In this document: in pieces, positions 10,501 through 19,253 of the stretch
Position numbering within the stretch: the first letter of the stretch is position 1
Layout of the letters: each line of letters starts with the position of its first letter
Assembly: GCA_035638115.1 (NCBI GenBank)
Contig: DASRAN010000075.1
Span: 28,252-92,251 of the forward strand
DNA: 64,000 nucleotides
Direction: 5' to 3'
Source: Patescibacteria group bacterium
GTDB lineage: Bacteria > Acidobacteriota > Polarisedimenticolia > Gp22-AA2
Made by a program: the position numbers and the translations under genes
The notes under the pieces: generated by a model
Seen by the model: only the letters and a program-made list of their open reading frames with translations
Told to the model about the DNA's origin: nothing
Database searches by the model: none

Positions 10501-11632
10501 CGCTCACAACGGGCGACTGGCCGTTGAACTTGTTCGCGGTGTTGGCGCGCGTCGGGTTCGGGTGGCCGCCGTAGAACCCGGCGCCCGTGACGTACTGGAG
10601 CTGGTCGTCGAGACTCGAGCCCGGCTCGTGGATGGCGTTGGTGCAGGTGCTCGTCCCCTCGCCGATCGGCTCGTCGCCCCAGCCCGCGTTCGGACCGTTG
10701 TCGACGGTGTACATGCGGCCCAGGTGGTTGATCACGACGTCGTACGGATTGCGGAACCCGGGAGCGTAGACCTGCACCGGACCGCCAGGAACCAGCTTCG
10801 CCATGTTGGCGCCGTTGTCGCCGCCGAACGGGTCGTTCAGGTCAACCCCCGGCGTGCCGCTGTTGCGCGACGCCAGCGGGTCGTCGAGCGTCGGCAGGTC
10901 GTAGGTGGTGGTGCCGATCGCGTCCAGATCGACCGACAGGATCGCCGCCGACAGCGCGTACTCGGGGAGACGCGCGAAGTTGTTCGACGGCGCGCCCATG
11001 TTGGTGTTGCCGCCCTGGGCGATGAACAGCGTGTTGGTCGCCGGATCGAGCGCCAGCCCGTTGCTGGCGTGGTTCTCCTCCGACCGCGGCAGCCCGCGCA
11101 CCAGGTCGAGCTTGATCCAGGCGCTGCCGTTCCAGGTCAGCCGCGACAGGATGCCCGAGTTGGTGTCCAGGTTGCTGTCGGTTCCGCTGCCGCCGGCGCC
11201 GATGCGCGGATCGCTCGAAGCGACGTAGATCACCGGATTGGCGGCGGTGCCGACGACCAGGATCCCGGTCACCTCGCGTCCGGTGATCGACGCGTTGGGC
11301 GTCCCGTCGTCGTTGCGGTTCGGCATGTCGCGCACCAGCGTGATCGTCTCGGTGGCGCTCACGACGAAGCTGTTCGGCGCGCTGCGCGTCACGGTGTAGA
11401 TCAGGATGGTGCCGTTCTGCTGCGTGACGTAGAGACGGTTGTCCGGCCCGAACTGCAGCGCGGTCGGATTCGCGAGCGCGGTCCCCGACAGGACGCTCTT
11501 GCCGAAGCTGATGGTCTGGGCCGAGGCCGGGACGATCGTGACGCAGACGAGCAAAAGCGCCAGGACCAGCGACCGCACGCACCTCGGGCGCAGACGGGAC
11601 CTGTCGGGATCGATTACGAGAGTGTTGGGCAT
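7580..11632 (-). CDS. Giant secreted multidomain protein (SGDH/PQQ-like beta-propeller, TSP3-like Asp-rich repeats, malectin-like carbohydrate-binding domain, Cys-rich MopE-type repeats)
   Basis: 1350 aa from the ATG at 11632 (MPNTL...); the listed start at 11650 is an upstream GTG. Domain evidence: signal peptide; glucose/sorbosone-dehydrogenase-like beta-propeller blades; TSP3-like Asp-rich repeats (DPDDDNDGMPD); a malectin-like block; two 54-aa Cys-rich repeats of the C.GIDNDCDG..DE type. Confidence 0.75.
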   Translation of the reverse strand: MPNTLVIDPDRSRLRPRCVRSLVLALLLVCVTIVPASAQTISFGKSVLSGTALANPTALQFGPDNRLYVTQQNGTILIYTVTRSAPNSFVVSATETITLVRDMPNRNDDGTPNASITGREVTGILVVGTAANPVIYVASSDPRIGAGGSGTDSNLDTNSGILSRLTWNGSAWIKLDLVRGLPRSEENHASNGLALDPATNTLFIAQGGNTNMGAPSNNFARLPEYALSAAILSVDLDAIGTTTYDLPTLDDPLASRNSGTPGVDLNDPFGGDNGANMAKLVPGGPVQVYAPGFRNPYDVVINHLGRMYTVDNGPNAGWGDEPIGEGTSTCTNAIHEPGSSLDDQLQYVTGAGFYGGHPNPTRANTANKFNGQSPVVSGDPRECDYLLPGAGDGALATFGFSTNGIAEYTASNFGGAMSGDLLTASFDNTVYRIQLNGAGTVATLVQPLFSNVGSTPLDVWAQGDAGPFGGTIWVADYADSDIVVFEPADFVQCTGAHDYAIDEDGDHYSNGDEIDNGTDPCSAADVPPDWDGDFISNLNDPDDDNDGMPDTSDPFAIDPANGMTTSLPVILTWDNDAPRPGGLLNLGFTGLMTNGTSNYESLFDAALMTAGGAAGVCTIDQVPAGDAFSSTNTQQYGFQFGVHVTQATGTFTAHTRILAPFAGLVPVDFQSMGLFVGTGDQDNYVKLMVSANGGNGGIQFAREFGGTFVSRPQAPVSMPGPDAVDLFLTIDPAASTVQPAFLVTSGQVPGPVQNLGAPEPIPPGWVSGSAALAVGIISTSTGPGDPFPATWDFVKVRAGTAVECVNDAGCDDANPCTDDVCFASACLHLNNTNSCSDGLACTTGDVCAGGVCHGTAACAPGLTCSPASGQCEFVDADLDNDGLVGADDPCPVDPRNRCFGPVATDSTTGQTIRLNAGVTNAECGGARVDCAGQAWHADFGYNQSASAFACDLNGGGNACVISGISSLFGCVDEATEDLFQCEHWDLPAGQELGYSFTVPNGQYLVNLFFANVYSGTTSAGSRLFDISVENQVVYSDFDQVAAAGGSAVAVVRSAVASVTDGHLDIEFEHELENPAVKAIEVLRADRDGDGYFAPQDCNDFDPAVHPGASDANCDGIDNNCNGATDEGYAPVATTCGVGACARTGATSCVAGAVQDSCAPGAPSAEICDGIDNDCDGSTDEDYVPVATACGVGACARTGATSCAGGAVHDSCAPGAPQTEVCNGIDDNCDGAIDNAAPLALTATLRVTKGANGAVHLAWSAVTGASGYDLLRGDAATLVASQGNFGQAVNACLANDTTSLSKDDADMPPLDGAFFYVLRAVNCGGGTWDDGDAAQAAPRGPSIATSPSACP
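7960..8292. repeat. In-frame 162-bp tandem duplication (x2, roughly 90 % identical) inside the giant gene
   Basis: Copy 1 starts near 7988 (gcgccgggagcgcaggagtcgtgcaccgcgcc...) and copy 2 near 8151 (gcgccgggagcgcaggagtcctgcaccgcgcc...). They encode successive 54-aa Cys-rich modules. Confidence 0.8.
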
Positions 11633-11727
11633 GAGGGATTCGCGACACACGACATGTACGACGGCCGGCCCCGCTTGTCAAGCACGACGATGCGCGCCAT
11701 CGCCGACCTGACGTATGCTCTGCCGCC

Positions 11728-13332
11728 ATGCGCCGCCGAGTGCAGTTTCGTTCCCACCGCGTCCGCCTGGCGTGCGTCGCCGCGGTCGTTTTCGTACTCC
11801 TGGTTACGACCCTGTCGGCGGCCGCCACGCCACCGTCGCGCGGCCCCGCGCCGCGGCTCGTGGTGCTGATCGTCCTGGATCAGTTCCGCTCCGACTATCT
11901 CGATCGGTTCGCGTCCCGGTTCGGCGGCGGAGGGTTCCTGCGTCTGGCGCGGGACGGCGCCCGGTTCGACGACTGCGCCTACCCGTACGCGATCACCCAG
12001 ACCTCTCCCGGTCACGCCACCCTCGCGACCGGCACCACGCCCGACCGCCACGGCATCGTGAGCAACGAGTGGCTCGACCGCGCTTCGGGAAAGATGGTCC
12101 TCTCGGTCGAGGACGCCGCCGCTCCCCTCCTGGGCGCCACGCCGGACCAGCCCGGCTGCTCGCCGCGGCGCCTGGTCGGCGACACCCTGGCCGACGAGAT
12201 GCGTCTGGCGACCCAGGGCCGGTCGAAGGTGTTCGGCCTCTCCGTCAAAGCGCGCTCGGCCATTTTCGCCACCGGCCGCGGCGCCAACGGTGCCTTCTGG
12301 TACGACGAGGCGAGCGGCCGGATGATCAGCAGCCGCTATTACGGCGCCGCCCTGCCGGGCTGGGTCGAGGAGTTCAACGCGGCCCGGCCCGCCGATCGGT
12401 ACCTCGGACGCGAGTTCACCGCCGGCGGGGCGCGCGTGGTCGGCCTCGGCGCGCCGGGCGGCGCCCCCGATCGCGCCTACTACGAAGCGCTGGCGAAGAC
12501 GCCGTTCATCCACGACCTGCTGTTCGAGTTCGCGCGCGAGACCGTGCGCCGCGAGGGGTTGGGCGCCGACGACGCGCCCGATTTCCTGTTCGTCGGCCTG
12601 TCCGGGCACGACTATCTCGGGCACCAGGTCGGACCGTACTCCGAAGCGATCGGCGCGATGGCGGCGCGAACCGACGAGCAGATCGCCGGGTTCCTGCGCT
12701 TCCTCGACGAGCGCGTGGGCGCGGGCCGCTACCTCGTCGCCCTCTCCTCCGACCACGGCGTGGCGCCGACGATGGCGCAGGGCGAGACGGCGGGCGTGCC
12801 GGGGCACGCCATCGACACCGTCCGCCTGCGCCGCGCGATGGAGCAGGCGCTGCGCGATCGATTCGACGCGGCCGACGCGATCCACCGGCAGGACGAGCCG
12901 CTCGCGGTCTGGTTCGACGCGGCCGTCCTCGAGCGCCGTCACGCCACGATCTCCGAGGCCGCGCGCGTGGCGGGGGCCGCCGCCGCGGCAACCGACGGGA
13001 TCCTCGGGTTCGTGGGGCCGGGCGGCGCGACCGACCTCGACCGGGTGACGGCGGAGGCCTACCGTCTGAGCACCTATCCGGGGCGCAGCCCCGATCTCTT
13101 CATCGTCCCGCTGCCGTTCGCGTCGGATCGCGCCGCGGCGCCCGCCAACCACGGAACCCCCTGGGGGCACGATGCCCGCGTCCCTCTCCTCTTCTATGGC
13201 CCGGCGTTCAGGTCCGGCGTCTCGCGCGAGGCCTGCACGCCGGCCGATCTGGCGCCGACGCTGGCGGCGGCGCTCGGCATTCCGCCGCCGGCCATGGCGA
13301 CCGGGCGCGTCCTGGAGCGGGCGCTGCGATGA
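11728..13332 (+). CDS. Alkaline phosphatase family protein (type I phosphodiesterase / nucleotide pyrophosphatase-like), secreted
   Basis: 534 aa with a signal peptide. Carries an AlkP-superfamily metal-ligand motif (LDQFRSDY, TQTSPGHATLATG). Divergent from the giant gene. Confidence 0.8.
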   Translation: MRRRVQFRSHRVRLACVAAVVFVLLVTTLSAAATPPSRGPAPRLVVLIVLDQFRSDYLDRFASRFGGGGFLRLARDGARFDDCAYPYAITQTSPGHATLATGTTPDRHGIVSNEWLDRASGKMVLSVEDAAAPLLGATPDQPGCSPRRLVGDTLADEMRLATQGRSKVFGLSVKARSAIFATGRGANGAFWYDEASGRMISSRYYGAALPGWVEEFNAARPADRYLGREFTAGGARVVGLGAPGGAPDRAYYEALAKTPFIHDLLFEFARETVRREGLGADDAPDFLFVGLSGHDYLGHQVGPYSEAIGAMAARTDEQIAGFLRFLDERVGAGRYLVALSSDHGVAPTMAQGETAGVPGHAIDTVRLRRAMEQALRDRFDAADAIHRQDEPLAVWFDAAVLERRHATISEAARVAGAAAAATDGILGFVGPGGATDLDRVTAEAYRLSTYPGRSPDLFIVPLPFASDRAAAPANHGTPWGHDARVPLLFYGPAFRSGVSREACTPADLAPTLAAALGIPPPAMATGRVLERALR

Positions 13333-14732
13333 GAGACCTGCCCGCCGCCGCGCGACGCGCCGCCTTCGTCGCCGCATCCGTCACGGCGTGCGTCGCCGCA
13401 TCCGTCACGGCGTGCGTCGCGGCGTGCGTCGCGGCGCCGATGGCCGCGCTCCTCCTGGCGCGGGCCGCCGATTCCCTTCCGTCCGCCGCCCTCGCCGCGA
13501 CGCGGGAGACGGCCCCGGGCGGGGGCGCGCCGCGCCCGATCCTGATCACCATCGACGACCTGCCGATCGGCCTCGAGCGCCTGCACCCGGATCCCGCCGA
13601 CCGGGAGCGGATCACGAACGGGCTTCTCGCCGCGCTGGCGCGGCACCGGATCCGGGCCGTCGCCTTCGTCATCTGGGGACACGTCGCAGGCGACGCCGAC
13701 CGCGCCCTGCTGGGCCGCTGGCTCGAGGCCGGGCACGAGCTGGGCAACCACACCCGGAGCCACCCCGGCCTGACCAGGACGTCGAAGGACGAGTACCTCG
13801 CCGACGCCGAAGCCGGGCGGGCCGGTCTCCAGTCGCTTCTCGACGCTCGCGGCGCCCGCGTGCGTTTCTTCCGTTTCCCGTACCTGCAGGAGGGAGACAC
13901 GGCGGACAAGCTCGAGGCGGTGCGCCGTTACCTGGAATCGAGCGGCCAGCGCGGCCTTCCGGTGACGATCGACGACGAGGACTGGTCGTTCGAGGCCCCC
14001 TTCCTCGAGGCGGAAGGCCTGCGCGACACGCGGCGCGCCCGGTCAGTCGCCGCCGACTACCAGGCGGCGCTGCGGGCGGAGGTGCGGCACCACGAGGCGA
14101 CCGCCGACGAACTGTTCGGCCGCGTCGTGCCGCAGGTCCTGCTGCTGCACGCCAACGCCATCGGCGCCTCCGAATGGGACCGCCTGTTCACCTGGCTCGA
14201 ACAGACCCACCACCGGTTCGCCGGCGCCGACGAGGTGCTGGCCGACGAGGCGTTCGCGGCGCCGCCCGGATTCGTCGCGCCCTACGGGTGCGGGCTCTGG
14301 GATCGGATCGCGCACCAGCGCGAAGAGGAGGCGATGCGCCGCGACCTCGCGGCGCTCCTCGCCGCCCAGTCGGACGCCTGGACGCGCGGCGACCTCGACG
14401 CTTTCTGCTCGGTCTACGCCGACGACGCGCTCTACCTGGCGCCGAGCGGCGAGGTGCGTGGACGCGCCGCGGTGCTGGAGCGCTATCGCGCCCATTACCC
14501 CGACCGGCAGGCCATGGGAGCGCTGCGGCTCGACATCGAGGAGATCCGGCCGGTCTGGGGGATGGAGGTTCTGCCTTCGGACGACGCGATCCCCGGCGCC
14601 ATCCATGGCGCCACGGTGGTCGCCCGATGGACCCTGACCGACGCGGGCCACAAGGAGACCTCGGGCCGGACCCTTCTCGTCTTTCACCGCGTCCGGAGCC
14701 GATGGGAGATCGTCCAGGACGCTTCGATGTAG
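13329..14732 (+). CDS. Polysaccharide deacetylase (NodB/CE4 domain) fused to a C-terminal NTF2-like (DUF4440/SnoaL-like) domain
   Basis: NodB motifs TIDDLP and HELGNHTRSHP. The C-terminal roughly 120 aa (AAQSDAWTRGDLDAFCSVYADDALYL...) is NTF2-like. The ATG at 13329 overlaps the stop of the phosphatase gene (ATGA). Confidence 0.75.
   Translation: MRDLPAAARRAAFVAASVTACVAASVTACVAACVAAPMAALLLARAADSLPSAALAATRETAPGGGAPRPILITIDDLPIGLERLHPDPADRERITNGLLAALARHRIRAVAFVIWGHVAGDADRALLGRWLEAGHELGNHTRSHPGLTRTSKDEYLADAEAGRAGLQSLLDARGARVRFFRFPYLQEGDTADKLEAVRRYLESSGQRGLPVTIDDEDWSFEAPFLEAEGLRDTRRARSVAADYQAALRAEVRHHEATADELFGRVVPQVLLLHANAIGASEWDRLFTWLEQTHHRFAGADEVLADEAFAAPPGFVAPYGCGLWDRIAHQREEEAMRRDLAALLAAQSDAWTRGDLDAFCSVYADDALYLAPSGEVRGRAAVLERYRAHYPDRQAMGALRLDIEEIRPVWGMEVLPSDDAIPGAIHGATVVARWTLTDAGHKETSGRTLLVFHRVRSRWEIVQDASM
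13375..13440. repeat. 24-bp tandem repeat (2.5 copies) in signal-peptide coding sequence
   Basis: gccgcatccgtcacggcgtgcgtc repeated twice, then a partial copy. It encodes AASVTACVAASVTACVAACVAA. Confidence 0.8.
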
Positions 14733-14740
14733 GAGGCCGC

Positions 14741-16255
14741 GTGCGGCGGATCATGATGGCGATCCTGCTCGCGGGGATCGCCCTGCGTGTCGCCTGGGTC
14801 TGGCGCCCCCTGGATCACCGGATCCGGGCGCCGTGGCGTCAGGCCGACGAAACCCAGATCGCCCGCAACTTCGCGCGCGAGGACCCGAACATCCTCCGGC
14901 CGCGCATCGACTGGCGCCGCGACGGGCCGGGGCTGGTCGAGATGGAGTTCCCTCTCGTCCCCTGGACGGCCGGGATGCTCGACCGCCTCCTCGGCTACCG
15001 GGAGGAGTACCTCCGGGTCCTCTCCTGCCTGCTCGAGATCGGCGGGCTCCTGCTGTTCGCGGGCCTCGCCCGGCGACTCCTCCCCCCGCCGGGCGCCGCG
15101 GCGGCGGTCGGCCTGTACGCCGTCAATCCGCTGCTGATCTACCTGGCCACGGCGATGCAGCCGGAGCCGATGATGCTCTTCCTGTCGCTGGTCGCGATGA
15201 CGCTTCTGGCGCGCTTCGACGAGCGCGGCTCCGCCGCGTCGCTGGTCCTCGCGGGCGCGGCTCTCGGCGGCGCCATCCTGGGCAAGGCGCCCGCCGCCTG
15301 TCTCGGGCTGGTCTTCGCCTGGGTCGTCCTGCGCCGCCTCGGGAGACGCGCCTTCGCCTCGCCCGCGGTCTGGGCCGCCGCCGTCCTGGCCCTCGTGCCG
15401 CCGATTCTCTGGTACCACTGGGCGAAGGGGCTCTTCCTTATATATGGGAACTCGCTGGGGCTGTCGAACGAGTACCCGTTTCTCGGCCTCGACATGCTGC
15501 GCCGGCCGGTCTTCGTGCTGGGTCTGCTGAAGTGGGAGACCCTCGGGGTGGTCACCCCGATCGGCTGGCTGCTGCTTCTTTTCGCCTGGCGCGCGCCGCG
15601 CGCCGCGACCGCGCTGCCCTGCGCCTGGTGGGTCTCGGTCTGGGTCTTCTACCTCGCGGCCGCACGCACCACCGCGGACGACTGGGCCTTCTACTATCAT
15701 TGCGTTTCGGCGGCGCCCGCCTGCCTGCTGATGGGGGCCGGGTTCTCCGCGCTTCTCGTCTCGACGGGGGGGACGAGCCTGAAGCTGCCGCCCGGCGCGC
15801 GGCGCCGGGCGCTCGGCTGGCTGTTCTACTCCGCGACCGTCCTGGCCCTGATCCTGGCGACGGCTGCGCTGCTGCGCGCGCGCGACGGGCGGGAGGATCT
15901 GCGTGACATGCGCGCCTGCGGGCTGCGGTTCCTGGAGCGGATTCCGGAGGGTTCGATGATCGTGGTGCGTGGCGGATCGATCGCCGACGAGGACGGCTTT
16001 CCGACGGCGCACAACCAATCGATGTTCTTCGCCTGGCTCGACCGGCGCGGATTCACCTACGGCAACGAGGAGCTCGCCATCCCGGTCCTCCAGGACATCG
16101 CGCGGCGGGGCGGGCGCTACTGGATCGCCGAGACGTCGGAGCTGCGCGGCGCGATGAGCGCCGCGGCGGCGCAGAGCTTCCATTTCGTGGCGCGGTGCGA
16201 TCCCGGCTACGTCCTCTACGATCTCGGCGCGCCACTGGCGGAGGAGGCCCGATGA
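14741..16255 (+). CDS. GT-C fold glycosyltransferase, family 39/83-like (PMT/ArnT family), paralog 1
   Basis: About 504 aa, polytopic. N-terminal loop with Asp-Glu (RQADETQIARNF). RBS AGGAGG lies 5 bp upstream of the GTG at 14741. The upstream part of the listed 13172..16255 ORF is a shadow frame. Confidence 0.7.
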   Translation: MRRIMMAILLAGIALRVAWVWRPLDHRIRAPWRQADETQIARNFAREDPNILRPRIDWRRDGPGLVEMEFPLVPWTAGMLDRLLGYREEYLRVLSCLLEIGGLLLFAGLARRLLPPPGAAAAVGLYAVNPLLIYLATAMQPEPMMLFLSLVAMTLLARFDERGSAASLVLAGAALGGAILGKAPAACLGLVFAWVVLRRLGRRAFASPAVWAAAVLALVPPILWYHWAKGLFLIYGNSLGLSNEYPFLGLDMLRRPVFVLGLLKWETLGVVTPIGWLLLLFAWRAPRAATALPCAWWVSVWVFYLAAARTTADDWAFYYHCVSAAPACLLMGAGFSALLVSTGGTSLKLPPGARRRALGWLFYSATVLALILATAALLRARDGREDLRDMRACGLRFLERIPEGSMIVVRGGSIADEDGFPTAHNQSMFFAWLDRRGFTYGNEELAIPVLQDIARRGGRYWIAETSELRGAMSAAAAQSFHFVARCDPGYVLYDLGAPLAEEAR

Positions 16256-17745
16256 CCGGTCCGTCCGAGGGCCCGGGAGGGGATCGTCGCGCCGTCCTGG
16301 GCTGCCTCGCGGCGCTGACGCTGCTCGCCGCCTTCGTCCGCCTGGTCGACCTCGGCTGGCAATCGCTCTGGGTCGACGAGTATCTGTGGACCCTCACCGC
16401 GTCTTTGAAATCGCTCTCCGCGATCATCCACCGGCCCGACGGCTATCCCCCGACCATGGCGCTCCTGTTCCGCGCCCTGCAGCGCTCGGGTCTCGGGGCC
16501 GACTGGTGGCTGCGGCTCCCCTCGGCGCTCGCCGGCACGCTGTCGGTCCCGGTCCTGTACGCCGTGGCGCGCCGCGTCGCCCCGCCGGCGACGGCGCTGA
16601 CGGCCGCGGGCCTGCTGGCGATCAATCCGATGGCGGTCTGGTATTCCCAGGAAGCCGGGGCGTACGCCCTGGTGATGCTCTGCGGCCTCGTGGCGACCTG
16701 GTGCCTCCTGCGCCTGCTCGAGGGGGCGGGCCCGGGCACAGCACTGGGCTACGCTCTCGCCGCCGGCGCCGGATTCGGGCTGCATTACTACTTCCTCTTC
16801 CTGCCGATGGCGCATGCCCCGTTCGCGCTGCGTGACGCGCTGGCGAGCCCCGCCCGGCGCCGGACCTGGATCGCCGCCGCGATCCTCGCCGCCCTGGCCA
16901 TCGGCGCCTGGCTGCCGCTGTTCGTCGCCGACGTGCGCGGCCAGCGTGAGCAGGACCGGGGGCAGGAATTCTCCCTGCTGGCGCTTCCTTACACCACGCA
17001 GACCTTCGTCGGCGGCTTCGCGATCGGCCCGCCGGTGCGTCTCATGCATCCCGCCGTGCGCGCCGGCCGGACCCCCTGGAGCGCGTTCGGCGTCGAGACG
17101 CTCTCCTCGGCCGCCGCCATCCTGGTCGCGGCGGCGCTCTTCGTGATCGCCATTCCCGCGCCGCGCGCCGGACGCCGCCTGCTCTTCGCCGCGGCCATCG
17201 TGGTGCCGATCCTGGGTCCCTACCTGAACTCGCTGCTCGGGGTGGGATATCGTCCGCGCTACGCCCTGGTCGCGCTGCCGTATGCGCTGCTCTGGGCGGC
17301 GGGAGGGCTCGAGACCCGCAGGCGCCGACTCGCGATCCTCCTGCTCTCCGCCTTCGTGGTGATCGGCCTCGCGGGTCTGGTGCGCAGCCACGCCCCGAGC
17401 CACCGGCGCGAGGACAACCGCGCCGCCGCCGAGTACGTGGCCCGGGGCGGCGGCGGCGACGCGGTCCTGATCGGCGAAGGCGCCGACCCGTTCGAGCGCT
17501 ACGCTTCCGGTCTGGACCGGCTCGTGGCGCTCGACGCGCCCGACGCGGAAGACGACGCCGCGCTGGGGCGGCGCCTCGGTCCGCTGCTCGCCGGGCGGGG
17601 CGACCTGTGGCTGATCTCGTCGCGCCCCTGGACCGAGGACCCGGAAGGCCGGGTCCCGGCCTGGCTCCGGTCCCACCTCGTCCTCGCGGATCGCGCCCAG
17701 TTCGCCGGCGTGACCGTGGAGCGGTACGCGCGGGGACGTTCGTGA
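16252..17745 (+). CDS. GT-C fold glycosyltransferase, family 39/83-like (PMT/ArnT family), paralog 2
   Basis: About 497 aa with an SLWVDEYLW loop-1 motif. The ATG at 16252 overlaps the paralog 1 stop (ATGA). Confidence 0.7.
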   Translation: MTGPSEGPGGDRRAVLGCLAALTLLAAFVRLVDLGWQSLWVDEYLWTLTASLKSLSAIIHRPDGYPPTMALLFRALQRSGLGADWWLRLPSALAGTLSVPVLYAVARRVAPPATALTAAGLLAINPMAVWYSQEAGAYALVMLCGLVATWCLLRLLEGAGPGTALGYALAAGAGFGLHYYFLFLPMAHAPFALRDALASPARRRTWIAAAILAALAIGAWLPLFVADVRGQREQDRGQEFSLLALPYTTQTFVGGFAIGPPVRLMHPAVRAGRTPWSAFGVETLSSAAAILVAAALFVIAIPAPRAGRRLLFAAAIVVPILGPYLNSLLGVGYRPRYALVALPYALLWAAGGLETRRRRLAILLLSAFVVIGLAGLVRSHAPSHRREDNRAAAEYVARGGGGDAVLIGEGADPFERYASGLDRLVALDAPDAEDDAALGRRLGPLLAGRGDLWLISSRPWTEDPEGRVPAWLRSHLVLADRAQFAGVTVERYARGRS

Positions 17746-19253
17746 CCGGATCGCCGCCACGCGCACCGCGCCGGCAGGCCGCCCTGCTCGCCCTGGTCCT
17801 GATCGGGGGCGGCCTGCTCATGCTCCCGCGGCTCGGCGCGCAGAGCCTGTGGGTCGACGAAGGTCTCACCGTCATCGCCGTCTCCGGCGCGCAGAGCGTG
17901 CCCGATCTCGTCGATCGCGTGCGGACGCTCGACACCCAGCCGCCCGCCTCGCATCTCGTCCTCTATGCCCTGCGCGGCCTTGTGCCGCGCGACGAGTTCG
18001 GCTGGCGATTGTCGTCGTTCCTGCTGTGCGAGGCGGCGATCGTCCTGCTCTGGCTCGCGGCCACGCGCCTCTTCGGCCCGACGGTCGCGATCCTCGCCGC
18101 GGTCGCGGCGCAGTTCTCGCCGTTTCTCGCGTTCTACGCCATGGAAGCGCGCGGCTACGCGCTCTGGCTCATGGCCTGCTGCGGCGCGCTCTATGCGATG
18201 CAGCGCTGGCTGGAGGCGCCCGCCGGATTCGGCTGGGCCGTCGTCTGGGGCCTGGCGAACGCCCTGGGCCTCTGGACCCATCCGTTCCACCTGTTCGCCA
18301 TGGTGATGCAGATGGTGGTGGCGCTCACGGCGATCCTGAAGGGGAGCGTCCCGGCAGGGGTCGCGCGCCGCGCCTTCGGCACCAGCCTCGCGGCGCAAGC
18401 CCTCGCCGTTCTCCTCTTCCTGCCCTGCCTGTTCGCCATCCTGTCGCGCGATCCGATCGGACGCGGCGTCGGCTGGACCCGGAACCCCACGGGCGTCAGC
18501 GTCCTCTATTATCCGTTCGCGCTGGTGTTCGGCTTCTCGTTCGGACCCAGCCTCGGCGAGCTCCATACCGATCCGCTGCGCCTGCTCCTCGGAAAGCACC
18601 TGCTCGCGTCACTGGCCGCGGCGGCGGCGTTCGTGGTCCTGGTGCTGGCGGCGGCGCTTCTCGCGCGTCAGGCCTGGGACGATCCGCGGCGCCGGGCGCT
18701 TCTGACCGGCACCGCGCTCGCGCTCTCGGCGGGGCTCGCCGGTCCCGCGATCTACGTCGTCCTGCGCAGCTTCCCTCTCCTGCCGCGCCACCTGATCTAC
18801 GTCTGGCCCGCGGTCCCGCTGCTCGAGGCGCTGGCCCTGGTGCGACTGCCGCGTCTGCGGCCGGCGCTGCTCGCGGTCCTGGCGCTGCAGGGGCTCGCCC
18901 TGCTCAACCTGCTCTACAACCCGGCGTACGCCAAGGACGACGAGCGCGGCGCGGTGCGCTTCGCGCTCGCCCGTTCGGGAGAGCGACCCGTGGTGCTGGG
19001 CGACGTCGCGCCGATCTACGCGCCGGCCGGGCGCGGGCTCCTGCGGAATCGCACCGACCCGGGTGAGGCCTCCCCGTTCGCCGACGCGACGGACGTCTGG
19101 CTGGCCGACAGCCGCGCGTGGGAGGACCCCGAGGGCCGCTATCGCGCCCGCCTGCAGCGCACCCTCGGCGGCCTGGGTCTTGTCGACGCCGGAGAGGACG
19201 CCTCCTTCCGGGGCGTCGTCCTGCGTCACTGGCGCCGCGGGCCGTCGTCGTGA
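17742..19253 (+). CDS. GT-C fold glycosyltransferase, family 39/83-like (PMT/ArnT family), paralog 3
   Basis: About 503 aa with an SLWVDEGL motif. The GTG at 17742 overlaps the paralog 2 stop (GTGA). Confidence 0.7.
   Translation: MTGSPPRAPRRQAALLALVLIGGGLLMLPRLGAQSLWVDEGLTVIAVSGAQSVPDLVDRVRTLDTQPPASHLVLYALRGLVPRDEFGWRLSSFLLCEAAIVLLWLAATRLFGPTVAILAAVAAQFSPFLAFYAMEARGYALWLMACCGALYAMQRWLEAPAGFGWAVVWGLANALGLWTHPFHLFAMVMQMVVALTAILKGSVPAGVARRAFGTSLAAQALAVLLFLPCLFAILSRDPIGRGVGWTRNPTGVSVLYYPFALVFGFSFGPSLGELHTDPLRLLLGKHLLASLAAAAAFVVLVLAAALLARQAWDDPRRRALLTGTALALSAGLAGPAIYVVLRSFPLLPRHLIYVWPAVPLLEALALVRLPRLRPALLAVLALQGLALLNLLYNPAYAKDDERGAVRFALARSGERPVVLGDVAPIYAPAGRGLLRNRTDPGEASPFADATDVWLADSRAWEDPEGRYRARLQRTLGGLGLVDAGEDASFRGVVLRHWRRGPSS

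Noticed and set aside
11651-11727. Pho box upstream of the alkaline-phosphatase-family gene.
   Set aside because: Only a single TTGTCA half-site and a TATGCT -10 are present. No convincing 11-bp-spaced direct repeats.
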